Part shown: piece after piece, positions 38,524 to 48,110 of the stretch
How the letters are laid out: each line of letters opens with the position of its first letter
How positions within the stretch are numbered: the stretch's first letter is position 1
DNA from: Candidatus Kaiserbacteria bacterium
GTDB lineage: Bacteria > Patescibacteriota > Minisyncoccia > Phycocordibacterales > UBA2100
Assembly: GCA_028286585.1 (NCBI GenBank)
Contig: JAQBRI010000011.1
Span: 1,648-65,647 of the forward strand
DNA length: 64,000 bases
Reading direction: 5' to 3'
Translations under genes and position numbers: made by a program
The notes under the pieces: model-generated
The model's database searches: none
Told to the model about the DNA's origin: nothing
What the model saw: only the letters and a program-made list of their open reading frames with translations

Positions 38524-41403
38524 TTATTTAATTACAAAATTCACCAACTTATTAGGTACTACGATCACGCGGATGATGTTTTGATCTTTAAGGCGGTCGG
38601 AGGCGATGGTGCGAGCGATCTTTTCAAGAGTTTCATTATCGGTGTCGGTGGCTGCGCGGAACTGCTCGCGCATTTTCCCGTTGATAGATACCATAATAGT
38701 TACTTCGGACACTGCCAAAAATTTCTTATCGGCCTTTGGCCACTTTTCGAGGTGTATCGACTTTTTGTTACCAAGCACACTCCACATCTCCTCAGTTATA
38801 TGCGGAGCAAACGGTGCCAATATTCGTAGGAATGTTGCCAATTGCTTCTCCCCTACCCCCTTTTTTTCTACCTCGTTTACAAAAACCATCATTGCGGAAA
38901 CTGCGGTATTAAACTTCATTTCCTCTATATCCCCACCCACCTTTTGAATACACACATGCAATGCGTGGTTAACATCTGCTACTTCTTTCTTTTGTACAAT
39001 ATCCTGCAGTCGCCAAATACGATCGAGAAAGCGTTTTACGCCCACCATGTTGTTGGTGTTCCAGGCAATCGATTCGCCAAATGGACCCATAAACATTTCA
39101 TAGACTCGCAGCGTATCAGCGCCAACTGCTTTTATTATTTCGTCAGGGCTCAGCGCATTGCCTTTTGACTTACTCATCTTTGCCCCTCCTTCGGCCAAAA
39201 TAAGCCCATGGCTCGTCCGTTTTATATAAGGCTCGCTTGTGGGTACTAGTTTAAGATCGTAGAGGAATTTGTGCCAAAAGCGGCTGTACAGCAAGTGGAG
39301 TGTTGTGTGCTCCATACCTCCGTTGTACCAGTCAACTGGAGTCCATTTCTTTAAAAGTGTTTTGTCGGCAAGAGCTTTTTTGTTCTTTGGATCAACATAT
39401 CGCAAAAAGTACCATGATGAACCTGCCCAGTTTGGCATCGTGTCAGTCTCGCGGCGTGCCCAGTTTTTGCACTGAGGACATTTTACCCGCAGCCACTTTT
39501 CCATAGTCGAAAGCGGAGATTCTCCGTCGTCTGTTGGTTCGTACTTTTTGACGTTGGGAAGTTTGACCGGCAAATCCTTTTCTGGCACAGGAATCCATCC
39601 AAGTGTCTCTGGATTCTTAAGGCCACAGTATTCACAGCGGATCATTGGAATTGGTTCGCCCCAGTATCGCTGACGAGAGAAAACCCAATCACGAAGTTTG
39701 AACGTTGTTATCATCTTGCCTCCCACCTCATCAACAATCTTTTTCATTGCTTCGGCACTTTCCATTCGATTATAAGTACTCGAATTAGACAGTGTGCCGT
39801 AGTCAGTATAAATTCCCCCGTTACCACTCAAGACTTTGAGAAAGTACTGGTGCGTATCTGCAGTCAAGAATTTAGCGAGCTCTGCTTTTGTAAGCCACAT
39901 GACCTCGTGCATTGCTTCCTCTTTTGTATCTACCGAAACTCGCTCGTCGTTTTCAAGCTCAAGATACACCATGTGTGCATGAGAATTGCGATTGGTCTTT
40001 TTTGGAACGTGATAAAACTTGCCGTGTACAATTCCATAATCTTTTACAAAGCGTGCATTCTTGTATCCTACCTCTTCGAGCAGTTCTGCTTTTGCTGCAG
40101 TCTCTGGTGTCTGTCCCTTCTCGATACCTCCGGTAATAAAAGTGCCCCATGCAACCTGTTTCCACTTAAGACCAATGTATTTGTCTTCTGACCAATGTTT
40201 TACGACTGCAATAATAGCTTCACGATGATCAAATGGTTCACCCTCCCGAATCTTGCCTGGCTCTGTTGTCTGACTGTAGGTTGGTTCGATCACCTGCCTT
40301 ATCGGCAAATCAAACTTTTTTGCAAACTCATTGTCGCGCTGATCGTGCGCTGGTACTGCCATAATAGCGCCAGTACCGTAGTGTGCGAGTACATAGTCTG
40401 CAATATAGACTGGAATCTTTTCTTTATTCGCTGGGTTGATAGCCCAAATGCCTTCAAGGCGTACACCTGTCTTTTCTTTGCCTTCGGCAGTACGTTCGAT
40501 TTCGGGTTTGTTTTTTGCGGCTTTTGCATACGCTCGCACTGCATCTTCATTATTCAAAAGTCCCTTGTGCGTAAGTGAAAGTGTTACAAACAAATGATCT
40601 GGCGCGAGTACCAGGTATGTCGCTCCAAACAAAGTGTCTGGGCGTGTGGTAAAGACTGCAAGAGAACCATCTTGTGCCTTGGGTTGATTATCAAATGTTA
40701 CGGCAAAATTTATTTCGGCACCCTCACTTTTACCTATCCAGTTGCGCTGCTGTGTTTTGATTTTTTCCAGATATTCGACACCATCGAGATCGTTGTACAA
40801 ACGTTCTGCATACTTGGTAATTGCAAGCATCCATTGCTCTTTCTCACGTTTTTCGACAACACTTCCGCAACGTTCACAGCATCCGTCGACGACTTCTTCG
40901 TTTGCGAGCCCAATCTTATCGACTGGGCACCAGTTAATAGGCATCTTACTTTTGTATGCAAGACCTTTTTTGTACATCTGCAAAAAGATCCACTGCGTCC
41001 ATTTGTAGTATTCGGGATCAGTGGTATTGATCTCGCGTGACCAGTCAAACGAAAATCCTATTCGCTTGAGTTGTTTGCGAAAGGTATCGGTATTTTGTTT
41101 TGTAACTTTTGCCGGATGAATACCAGTTTTGATGGCGTAGTTCTCGGTTGGAAGTCCAAAGGCGTCCCATCCTATTGGATACAAAACGTCGTACCCTTCG
41201 GCACGACGCTTGTGGGAAATAATATCCATTGCAGTGTTAGATCGCACGTGTCCAACATGGAGTCCGCTACCAGATGGGTACGGGAACTCGATAAGGGCAT
41301 AGAACTTCTTTTTGCCTGCCACTTTTGGCGCTTGCCAGATTTTGGACTTTTCCCACTTTGCCTGCCACTTTTTTTCGATTTTGTTGTGGTCGTACTTGCT
41401 CAT
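38524..41403 (-). CDS. leuS: leucine--tRNA ligase with NUDIX-fold insertion
   Basis: HVGHVRSNTAMD (HIGH), the TTRPDT and AVPAHDQRD editing-domain motifs, KMSKS. About 135 extra residues between IRQVIEP and FKLRDWVFSRQRYWG contain a Nudix-like fold (WGTFITGGIEKGQTPETAAKAELLEEVGY). The ATG at 41403 (MSKYDHNKIEKKWQ) is preferred to the GTG at 41412. Confidence 0.9.
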   Translation of the reverse strand: MSKYDHNKIEKKWQAKWEKSKIWQAPKVAGKKKFYALIEFPYPSGSGLHVGHVRSNTAMDIISHKRRAEGYDVLYPIGWDAFGLPTENYAIKTGIHPAKVTKQNTDTFRKQLKRIGFSFDWSREINTTDPEYYKWTQWIFLQMYKKGLAYKSKMPINWCPVDKIGLANEEVVDGCCERCGSVVEKREKEQWMLAITKYAERLYNDLDGVEYLEKIKTQQRNWIGKSEGAEINFAVTFDNQPKAQDGSLAVFTTRPDTLFGATYLVLAPDHLFVTLSLTHKGLLNNEDAVRAYAKAAKNKPEIERTAEGKEKTGVRLEGIWAINPANKEKIPVYIADYVLAHYGTGAIMAVPAHDQRDNEFAKKFDLPIRQVIEPTYSQTTEPGKIREGEPFDHREAIIAVVKHWSEDKYIGLKWKQVAWGTFITGGIEKGQTPETAAKAELLEEVGYKNARFVKDYGIVHGKFYHVPKKTNRNSHAHMVYLELENDERVSVDTKEEAMHEVMWLTKAELAKFLTADTHQYFLKVLSGNGGIYTDYGTLSNSSTYNRMESAEAMKKIVDEVGGKMITTFKLRDWVFSRQRYWGEPIPMIRCEYCGLKNPETLGWIPVPEKDLPVKLPNVKKYEPTDDGESPLSTMEKWLRVKCPQCKNWARRETDTMPNWAGSSWYFLRYVDPKNKKALADKTLLKKWTPVDWYNGGMEHTTLHLLYSRFWHKFLYDLKLVPTSEPYIKRTSHGLILAEGGAKMSKSKGNALSPDEIIKAVGADTLRVYEMFMGPFGESIAWNTNNMVGVKRFLDRIWRLQDIVQKKEVADVNHALHVCIQKVGGDIEEMKFNTAVSAMMVFVNEVEKKGVGEKQLATFLRILAPFAPHITEEMWSVLGNKKSIHLEKWPKADKKFLAVSEVTIMVSINGKMREQFRAATDTDNETLEKIARTIASDRLKDQNIIRVIVVPNKLVNFVIK

Positions 41404-41446
41404 ATTGAACACTCTATCATGTGGAATATGATCAAGCTATATTGTG

Positions 41447-42388
41447 TTACTTGGCTTGAATGGGTGCTTGTACTGGGTATCGCTTTGGGTCGATAGTACG
41501 GTCAAAGCACACATGTCCGGGGCCATGCGTCCATGAATCTCCTCCATTTCCATATGGACCTGTTGGATATGCGACATTGCCCGAACCTTGTGACTGTTCG
41601 TTAAAGTCTGCACACAATTCAAACGTATTCTTGCCGGTCACCTTGTATTCGAACGGTAGGTTTGTTTGCGGATCCATTGGAACCGAATATCCGGCTGTAG
41701 AATCGTTGAGTACATTGAGCTGATCTGGCAGCTTGTTCTCACGCTGCCAATATTGAATGATTTGTTCCTGAATGTTTTGGAGGCTTGTTACCTTTTGATC
41801 ATCATATCGATACATACGAGTCTGCTGTGGTGTGCCAAATATGACAAAGCCCGAGAGAATCGTCGCAACGACAAGCACAATCACTCCAATCGCTACATGT
41901 TGTGCGTATTTTGGATTTTGTTTCCAGTAGCCACGTACATCAGCCAAAAAGTGCATAAAGCCGATACTCGCAATGCCAATGATAATGACAGCCTTGAGAA
42001 TGAATGCCTGCGCAATCTCACCACTGAGAAAGTCGTTGATGACATATACCAGTGTGCCTACGATCGTAAGACCACTAATAAAAAGCGTAAGGTACAGCGC
42101 CCAGCGACGAACCCATATTTCTGCACGCGACGCGTCGGCAGCAATCGACTGTCGGATAAAGTACATAAGTGCAAAAAATACTGGTACAAGCACAATAAGC
42201 GAGGCCATTTCAAATCGCACCGATCCACTAGAAAAGTCGACGTAATAATAAGGATTCAACGGATCTGGATACACCTTGTCGATGTAATCAAAAAACAAAT
42301 TAATATATGCTATAACGCTCCAATAAAGTGATACCATCGCCCCTGCCCAAAGAAAGAAATCCTTTGGTGTGGTTTTGTTATTATTCAT
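41447..42388 (-). CDS. hypothetical integral membrane protein (possibly DUF5671-like)
   Basis: Five or six TM helices at the N-terminus, then a Gly-rich soluble C-terminal domain. No catalytic motif recognised. Confidence 0.45.
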   Translation of the reverse strand: MNNNKTTPKDFFLWAGAMVSLYWSVIAYINLFFDYIDKVYPDPLNPYYYVDFSSGSVRFEMASLIVLVPVFFALMYFIRQSIAADASRAEIWVRRWALYLTLFISGLTIVGTLVYVINDFLSGEIAQAFILKAVIIIGIASIGFMHFLADVRGYWKQNPKYAQHVAIGVIVLVVATILSGFVIFGTPQQTRMYRYDDQKVTSLQNIQEQIIQYWQRENKLPDQLNVLNDSTAGYSVPMDPQTNLPFEYKVTGKNTFELCADFNEQSQGSGNVAYPTGPYGNGGDSWTHGPGHVCFDRTIDPKRYPVQAPIQAK

Positions 42389-42452
42389 ACATATAAGTGT
42401 ACCCTACCCTTTCGTATCGGCAACTACACCAATATGTTATTATTTCTGTGTT

Positions 42453-43046
42453 ATGGAGGTCATACTATCCACTCGCAATCCAACTAAAATCAAACAGATT
42501 CAGGCGGTATTTGCCGATTCGAGTATTAAAATACTTAGCCTTGATGAAGTAGGTATTTCTGGCGAAGCAATCGAAGACGGAACTACTCTTGGCGAAAATG
42601 CATTTAAGAAAGCTCGCTATGCATACGACAATTCCGATAAATCCCGCTGGTGTATGGCAGATGATACTGGAATATTTATTGCATCTCTCAATAATGAGCC
42701 AGGAATATACGCAGCACGATGGGCTGGTGAAGGCGCTTCGACAGAAGACACGATGGCCTACGCACTCAAACGACTTGAGGGACAGCAAGATCGCAGTGCA
42801 ACATTTAAAACATTTGTGGCAGTTGTCTCGCCCGAAGGAGTAGAGTATTCATTTGAAGGAGCCGTTGAGGGCACGATGCGAGAATCTGCAAACGTCTCCC
42901 CGCAACCAAAGATGCCCTACAGTCCCCTATTTGTACCAAACGGATATACGCAATCGTGGTCAGAAATGACAACCGAAGAAGAAAATAAAATTTCTCACCG
43001 CGGCCAAGCTTTTCGTAAAGTCAGATCATTCTTAGAATCCATTTAA
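42453..43046 (+). CDS. non-canonical purine NTP pyrophosphatase (RdgB/HAM1 family)
   Basis: MEVILSTRNPTKIKQ (Ham1 N-terminus), FVPNGYTQSWSEMTTEEENKISHRGQAF (C-terminal Ham1 motif). The ATG at 42453 is used instead of the upstream TTG. Confidence 0.8.
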   Translation: MEVILSTRNPTKIKQIQAVFADSSIKILSLDEVGISGEAIEDGTTLGENAFKKARYAYDNSDKSRWCMADDTGIFIASLNNEPGIYAARWAGEGASTEDTMAYALKRLEGQQDRSATFKTFVAVVSPEGVEYSFEGAVEGTMRESANVSPQPKMPYSPLFVPNGYTQSWSEMTTEEENKISHRGQAFRKVRSFLESI

Positions 43047-43185
43047 TTCTTGTTTGATAAAATAGTCATAAATTGTGTTCAATTCGAGGCGCGCAAGAAA
43101 AATAGAAAGAGACGTATCTTTGATACGGTGAATGATATTTTTTGAAGCGCAACGAAGAAGTGGACCGATTTTGGCTGTTTTATGG

Positions 43186-44289
43186 CTAACCGTGTTTGAA
43201 CTCGGTCACATCGCCGTCCTGGAAAATATATTCTTTTCCCTCACTACGCACCAATCCTTTTTCGCGAGCCTTGCTCCACGACCCTTCCGTAAGTAGTTGA
43301 TCCCATTGAATTACATCAGCACGAATGAATTTGTTCATAAAGTCTGTGTGAATTGCACCAGCCGCCTGAGGAGCGGTTGAATTGCGCGGAATAGTCCATG
43401 CGCGAGTCTCATCTTCGCCTGTTGTAAAATACGAAATAAGATCCAGAAGTGCGTATCCACCTTTGATAAGTGCATCAAGTCCGTCGTCGGACACTCCCAA
43501 TTCGTTTCGAAAATCTCGCTTCTCGTCTTCGTGCACGTCTGCAAGTTCGTTTTCGACTCCGGCATCGATGATTACATATGATGCGTTTCGCTCTTCAATA
43601 AATCGCTGGAGGTCCGCCCATCGAGCACCTCTTTCTGCATCAACATTCACAACGCCGCTTTTACGGTTAAGAACATAGAGGATTGGCTTCATCGTAAGTA
43701 AGTGAAGCGACTTAATCGAAAGCAACTCCTCATCGTCGAGTACAACCGTGCGCGCTGCTTTTCCGTTTTGAAGTGTGGGAAGAATTTTCTTAATGGTCTC
43801 TCGTTCGAGCACTGCAGCTTTATCTGCTCCACTGCGAGCATCTCGTTCGACACGCTCAAGCCGCTTGGTTGTACTATCAAGATCGGCAAGCACAAGCTCG
43901 AGGTCGATTACTTCGATGTCGCGGATTGGATCAACAGTTCCGGCAACATGGTGCACGTCTTCGTCATCAAACATACGCACGACTTCGGCGATAGCATCGA
44001 CTTCGCGAATATGATTTAAAAATTGATTACCCAACCCTTCGCCTTGTGATGCTCCTTGCACCAAGCCTGCAATATCAACAAATTCAACAATAGCTGGAGT
44101 GGTCTTTTTTGACTGTGACATTTCCGAAAGCCGTGTGAGGCGAATGTCCGGTACCGCAACTACACCGACCGATGGATCGATAGTACAAAATGGATAATTT
44201 TCTGCGGGAACGCCTTTGCGAGTAAGCGCATTAAAGAGCGTCGATTTACCGACGTTGGGAAGTCCTACAATACCGATAGAAAGTGACAT
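43186..44289 (-). CDS. ychF: redox-regulated ATPase YchF (Obg-family GTPase)
   Basis: G1 GIVGLPNVGKSTLFNALT. C-terminal TGS-like EGKEYIFQDGDVTEFKHG. ATG at 44289. Confidence 0.9.
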   Translation of the reverse strand: MSLSIGIVGLPNVGKSTLFNALTRKGVPAENYPFCTIDPSVGVVAVPDIRLTRLSEMSQSKKTTPAIVEFVDIAGLVQGASQGEGLGNQFLNHIREVDAIAEVVRMFDDEDVHHVAGTVDPIRDIEVIDLELVLADLDSTTKRLERVERDARSGADKAAVLERETIKKILPTLQNGKAARTVVLDDEELLSIKSLHLLTMKPILYVLNRKSGVVNVDAERGARWADLQRFIEERNASYVIIDAGVENELADVHEDEKRDFRNELGVSDDGLDALIKGGYALLDLISYFTTGEDETRAWTIPRNSTAPQAAGAIHTDFMNKFIRADVIQWDQLLTEGSWSKAREKGLVRSEGKEYIFQDGDVTEFKHG

Positions 44290-44333
44290 GGGGGCAATTA
44301 TAGCCGAAATTTGGGCAATTTTCAACGCTCCAC

Positions 44334-46058
44334 CTAGTCAACATATATATTGACCGACTTCTGATCAATTATGTTTCCGCTCGTGTCTTTGCTTACAAAA
44401 GTGATTTTGTACGGTCCGCTTCCCTTCCAGTTCCAGTTTGTAAGATCAGTCAAGAATTCCTTATGTGGGTAATCAGTTTGATTATCGCTCATAAGTACCA
44501 AACCACCTCCATCTACCTGCCAGTACATCGTGTATTGTGATAGCGTAAAACCCGAAAGCATTGCCTTAAATGGCTGCGTACCGTGTACGTGTGATCCATC
44601 ACTTGGCCACCAAATGTTAGTTTGACCATTTCCTGTTGTGGGTGGAGGTGTCGAGGTTGTTCCGGCAGTAACCGAGAATGTTTGTGCAGAATTGAGCCAG
44701 TAATAGTTTTTGGTCCATCCGCCAGCAAACACGCCTATTGCTATGCGATACTGTCCGGTTTGCGATGGAGTCCAGTGCACAGTGTTTGTATACGATGCAC
44801 TCGACTGAATTGAAACGTTTTCGATTGCCTTTTGGAAAACTCTGGTGTTGTTGGAATCGTATATTTCGATATCAACTATTCCATTTGAGAGATTTCCAGA
44901 AATATCTGTAACGGTTACGCCAAGAGACATATCCTGTCCCACAGTGCCGTTTTGTGCCGTTGCACTAGCCGAGAACGATGGATCACCCGCTGGTGTAACA
45001 GGAGCAGGAGGCGTGCCAAAATATTTAGTCATAATAGATTCTGCAGTTTTATTCTGCGGAGTATATTCATTTGAACCCGGGCCGCCAGCTGAGGCGTTTG
45101 ATTTCCAATCCCAAAGATACACTCCTTGCATGTACGAATAGTTATTCCAATAGCTAAACAGTGCTTCGTAAGCATTTGCCTGTGTTTGCATGCTTATGGG
45201 CGAAGAACGATTGTAATCCCATGGATTATTATATGAGCCTTCGATGCTGCGATACCCCACTTCGGTAAATATGATTGGCTTTCCTACCTGAGCTGCAAAA
45301 CCTTTAATATCATTTGCATTCCATGCATTCCAAGCGTTTGAAAGTGATTGCACAGAATTATCAGGCGCATTCAAGGAGTAATACGTTGAGAGTCCCACAA
45401 AATCGAGTGAAGACCAAAATCCGATGTACTTCTTTTCATTCGTAAACTGGTTGTCACTGTTATCGTTGGAGTTTGCACTATATGAAAGTTTGCCCGAATA
45501 CACTTTTCGCACATTACCGATCATCGTAACCCAATGCTGTGTATTAGTTGAATTCATTTGAGATGACGCCATGCTGACGAGCTCTGTTCCAAGTATCATA
45601 TATTCAGCTTGATGTGCCTGTGCAATTTGCGCTGTATGCACAAGCATTGCACCGTAATTGTTAAACCATGTATCACGGTCTGACGGATTTATATTTGCAC
45701 GCCATGCATTGTCATATGTTTCGATATGCACCTTGAGGGACACTTGCAGTCCTATTGAATGCGCATAGTCTATTCCTGCGGCAAGCGAAGCGTCGGTTGG
45801 AGTATTCCAGCCCACGGCCACGTCGGTACTATAGATATTAGTTTGATAAAACGGAATGACGAGTGCGACAGAATTTGCACCGGTATTTCGCAGTTCCTGC
45901 AGTGACTGCTTAAACGTAGCACTTGCAAAGTCTGTCGAAGACTGCGGCACAATAGAAGCACCGCGCTGCCAGCTAGAAATTGCGGCGTGCGTCGAAAATG
46001 GTACGAGAGTAGTGGCCGCAAAAAGAAACGTAATGAGAAGTGCGGATGTTATTTTCAT
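44334..46058 (-). CDS. secreted TIM-barrel glycoside-hydrolase-like protein with C-terminal beta-sandwich modules
   Basis: Signal peptide MKITSALLITFLFAATTLVPFSTHA. Candidate catalytic Glu segments YMILGTELV and PIIFTEVGY (clan GH-A-like; family not assignable). C-terminal ~95-aa WWPSDG module homologous to two modules in the adjacent GH6. Confidence 0.55.
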   Translation of the reverse strand: MKITSALLITFLFAATTLVPFSTHAAISSWQRGASIVPQSSTDFASATFKQSLQELRNTGANSVALVIPFYQTNIYSTDVAVGWNTPTDASLAAGIDYAHSIGLQVSLKVHIETYDNAWRANINPSDRDTWFNNYGAMLVHTAQIAQAHQAEYMILGTELVSMASSQMNSTNTQHWVTMIGNVRKVYSGKLSYSANSNDNSDNQFTNEKKYIGFWSSLDFVGLSTYYSLNAPDNSVQSLSNAWNAWNANDIKGFAAQVGKPIIFTEVGYRSIEGSYNNPWDYNRSSPISMQTQANAYEALFSYWNNYSYMQGVYLWDWKSNASAGGPGSNEYTPQNKTAESIMTKYFGTPPAPVTPAGDPSFSASATAQNGTVGQDMSLGVTVTDISGNLSNGIVDIEIYDSNNTRVFQKAIENVSIQSSASYTNTVHWTPSQTGQYRIAIGVFAGGWTKNYYWLNSAQTFSVTAGTTSTPPPTTGNGQTNIWWPSDGSHVHGTQPFKAMLSGFTLSQYTMYWQVDGGGLVLMSDNQTDYPHKEFLTDLTNWNWKGSGPYKITFVSKDTSGNIIDQKSVNIYVD

Positions 46059-46153
46059 ATTTGATTTCAAATGGCACGTCCATGCTAATAAAAGGCACGC
46101 ATTAAACGTCCCTTTAATATTAAGAGGACGTCATCATTTCTATTTTCTTACAA

Positions 46154-48031
46154 TTAGTGGCTGTTGCGTACCAACTCAAGCGCACCATCAGACCACCATT
46201 GCCCAGCACCTGGTCCACCATTACAGTTTCCGTCGGACTCACCAGGAGTCTTGATCCACAAGAATGCGTCAATCAGTGCGTTTCCTGTCGCCGTAGTAGG
46301 TTTTGCACCTATTGCGCGGCCGCTTGGATTACACCAGTTGTTTCCTGCATCAGGTCCATTTCCATTTCTTGACGTGTCTACTACGAAATGTTTTCCATTT
46401 ATTTTTTGCGACAAACTGTTTCCGTAGGAAATCGAATCACTCGAAGACTGGTAGTTGGAAATGTTAAGAGAAAAACCATCAGCGCGGCCAATGTTAGCCT
46501 TTTGTAATTCACTTGCCATAACACTCGTATCAATCCACCCTGAGTGGCCGGCATCGATATATACAGAGGTTTGTCCGCTCACTTTAAAGGTGTTCACTGC
46601 ATCCGACAAAAGAGAAAGTCGTGTCGCTTGATCAGCTGGCGAAAGACAGCCAATGTTTGCAAGAGCGTCAGGTTCGAGAATCACAACTGCCTTGGTGTTT
46701 CCAATAGCAGCAGCAAATGATCCGATCCATGAGCGATAGCCATCAGGGGAATTAATACCTCCTGCAGAATAGCCACCACAGTCACGACCGGGTATGTTGT
46801 ACGCCACAAATACGGGCACGGTATTACTCTTTTGTGCAGCATCTGTCACCGCATGCACCGCTTTGTATACGTCTGTGTTCCAGTTACCAATCCAGGTAGC
46901 TGTTGCCTGTGAAGCGAGCACATTCATAAGAAGAGCGTCATTTGGACGGCTGTATTTCCAAGCACTCGCTTGTGACGCTGCGCCCGATTGCGGATTTACA
47001 TAAAAATTGAGTCCCGCGAGATTTCCAGTAACTGCGTTGATAACGGTTGGAAGTACTGGCGTTTGTAATGCAGCAACAGCAGCTGAAACGGTACCAACTT
47101 GAATGGTAACTTTTTGCGTTGCAATAATATTTCCCGAAGAATTTTTTGCGGTAAATGTAAGTACGTACTGGCCCGATGTATTCCAATTCCAACTAGAAAG
47201 GTCAACCAATGATTCTTTATAAGTTCCTTCTGATGTACTTGTGGTATTAAGTGGAACGAGCCCGCCCGCGTCGACACTCCAATACATTGTGTACGCGTCC
47301 GTATTCATATTTTGAACAACTGCCTTGAACGGTTGTATTCCTGTGACATGTGCACCGTCAGTTGGCCACCAAACATTGATAGATGCCGGCGCTGCAGGAA
47401 CTATAATTGCTGGCGCAACATTTATAACTGGCGTTGGGGTCGTAATAGTTGGCACTGGCGTCGACGCAACTATTGGAGCTGGTACTGGTGTTGGAGTAGG
47501 TGCAGGAGTCGGCGTCGGAGTTGTAATTACCGGAGTTGGTATTGGTGCTGGAGTAGGCGTAGGAACTGGTGCAGGAGCAACAGACACAGGCACAGAAGCG
47601 GCCGCGTCGTTATACAAACTAATTGAGCGTTGCGCAAAAGTTGTTCCGTTACTTTTTGCTACAAAATTTACCATGTATGGTCCCTTGCCTTTCCAGGTCC
47701 AGTTGGTCAAATCAACACTCGACTCTTTGTGAGGATAGCCGTCGTAGTTTGATGGAAGAAGATTGAGCTGACCGTTGTCGACTTGCCAATACATATCGTA
47801 CTGATCGACCGCCATGTTGTCAGCGACAACCTTAAAAGGCTGTACTCCTGTGACGTGCGCACTGTCTGTCGGCCACCATACACCAACACTTGCATTAGAG
47901 GTGTCAGCGGACACCCCTGTAGATGATATTAAAAATAGTGATGCGACAATGAGCGCACTACTGAGTACTTTGCTTATTTTTGATATTGAGTCCCAAGTAT
48001 ATATGGGAATTTTTTCGCACTGATTTTGCAT
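46154..48031 (-). CDS. glycoside hydrolase family 6 (cellulase/cellobiohydrolase-like), two N-terminal WWPTDG modules and PT linker
   Basis: GH6 motifs VFVAYNIPGRDCGG (catalytic Asp), VILEPDALANI, YIDAGHSGWI, FVVDTSRNGNG, NWCNPSGRAIG, DAFLWIKTPGESDGNC. Signal peptide from the ATG at 48031. Pro/Thr linker at residues about 153-225. Confidence 0.8.
   Translation of the reverse strand: MQNQCEKIPIYTWDSISKISKVLSSALIVASLFLISSTGVSADTSNASVGVWWPTDSAHVTGVQPFKVVADNMAVDQYDMYWQVDNGQLNLLPSNYDGYPHKESSVDLTNWTWKGKGPYMVNFVAKSNGTTFAQRSISLYNDAAASVPVSVAPAPVPTPTPAPIPTPVITTPTPTPAPTPTPVPAPIVASTPVPTITTPTPVINVAPAIIVPAAPASINVWWPTDGAHVTGIQPFKAVVQNMNTDAYTMYWSVDAGGLVPLNTTSTSEGTYKESLVDLSSWNWNTSGQYVLTFTAKNSSGNIIATQKVTIQVGTVSAAVAALQTPVLPTVINAVTGNLAGLNFYVNPQSGAASQASAWKYSRPNDALLMNVLASQATATWIGNWNTDVYKAVHAVTDAAQKSNTVPVFVAYNIPGRDCGGYSAGGINSPDGYRSWIGSFAAAIGNTKAVVILEPDALANIGCLSPADQATRLSLLSDAVNTFKVSGQTSVYIDAGHSGWIDTSVMASELQKANIGRADGFSLNISNYQSSSDSISYGNSLSQKINGKHFVVDTSRNGNGPDAGNNWCNPSGRAIGAKPTTATGNALIDAFLWIKTPGESDGNCNGGPGAGQWWSDGALELVRNSH
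47389..47608 (-). repeat. coding low-complexity repeat (Pro/Thr/Val linker)
   Basis: Reiterated ggtgttgg/ggagtagg/ggcgtcgg units that encode PTPTPAP ... TPTPVPAP. Confidence 0.6.
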
Positions 48032-48110
48032 GATTATATGCCCCTGTGAAAAAGTATACCCCAAATGTCCTCTTGACCGCTAGTCTTTTTTGTCGTTGTG
48101 TCAGCCTTAT

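Noticed and set aside
42369-42452. 28-codon N-terminal extension of the RdgB/HAM1 gene, and similar TTG/GTG-initiated extensions at 5324, 17534, 34683, 37157, 41412, 46070 and 48064
   Set aside because: The track appears to accept TTG/GTG starts. In each case a downstream ATG yields the family-typical N-terminus or signal peptide and avoids overlap with the neighbouring gene.
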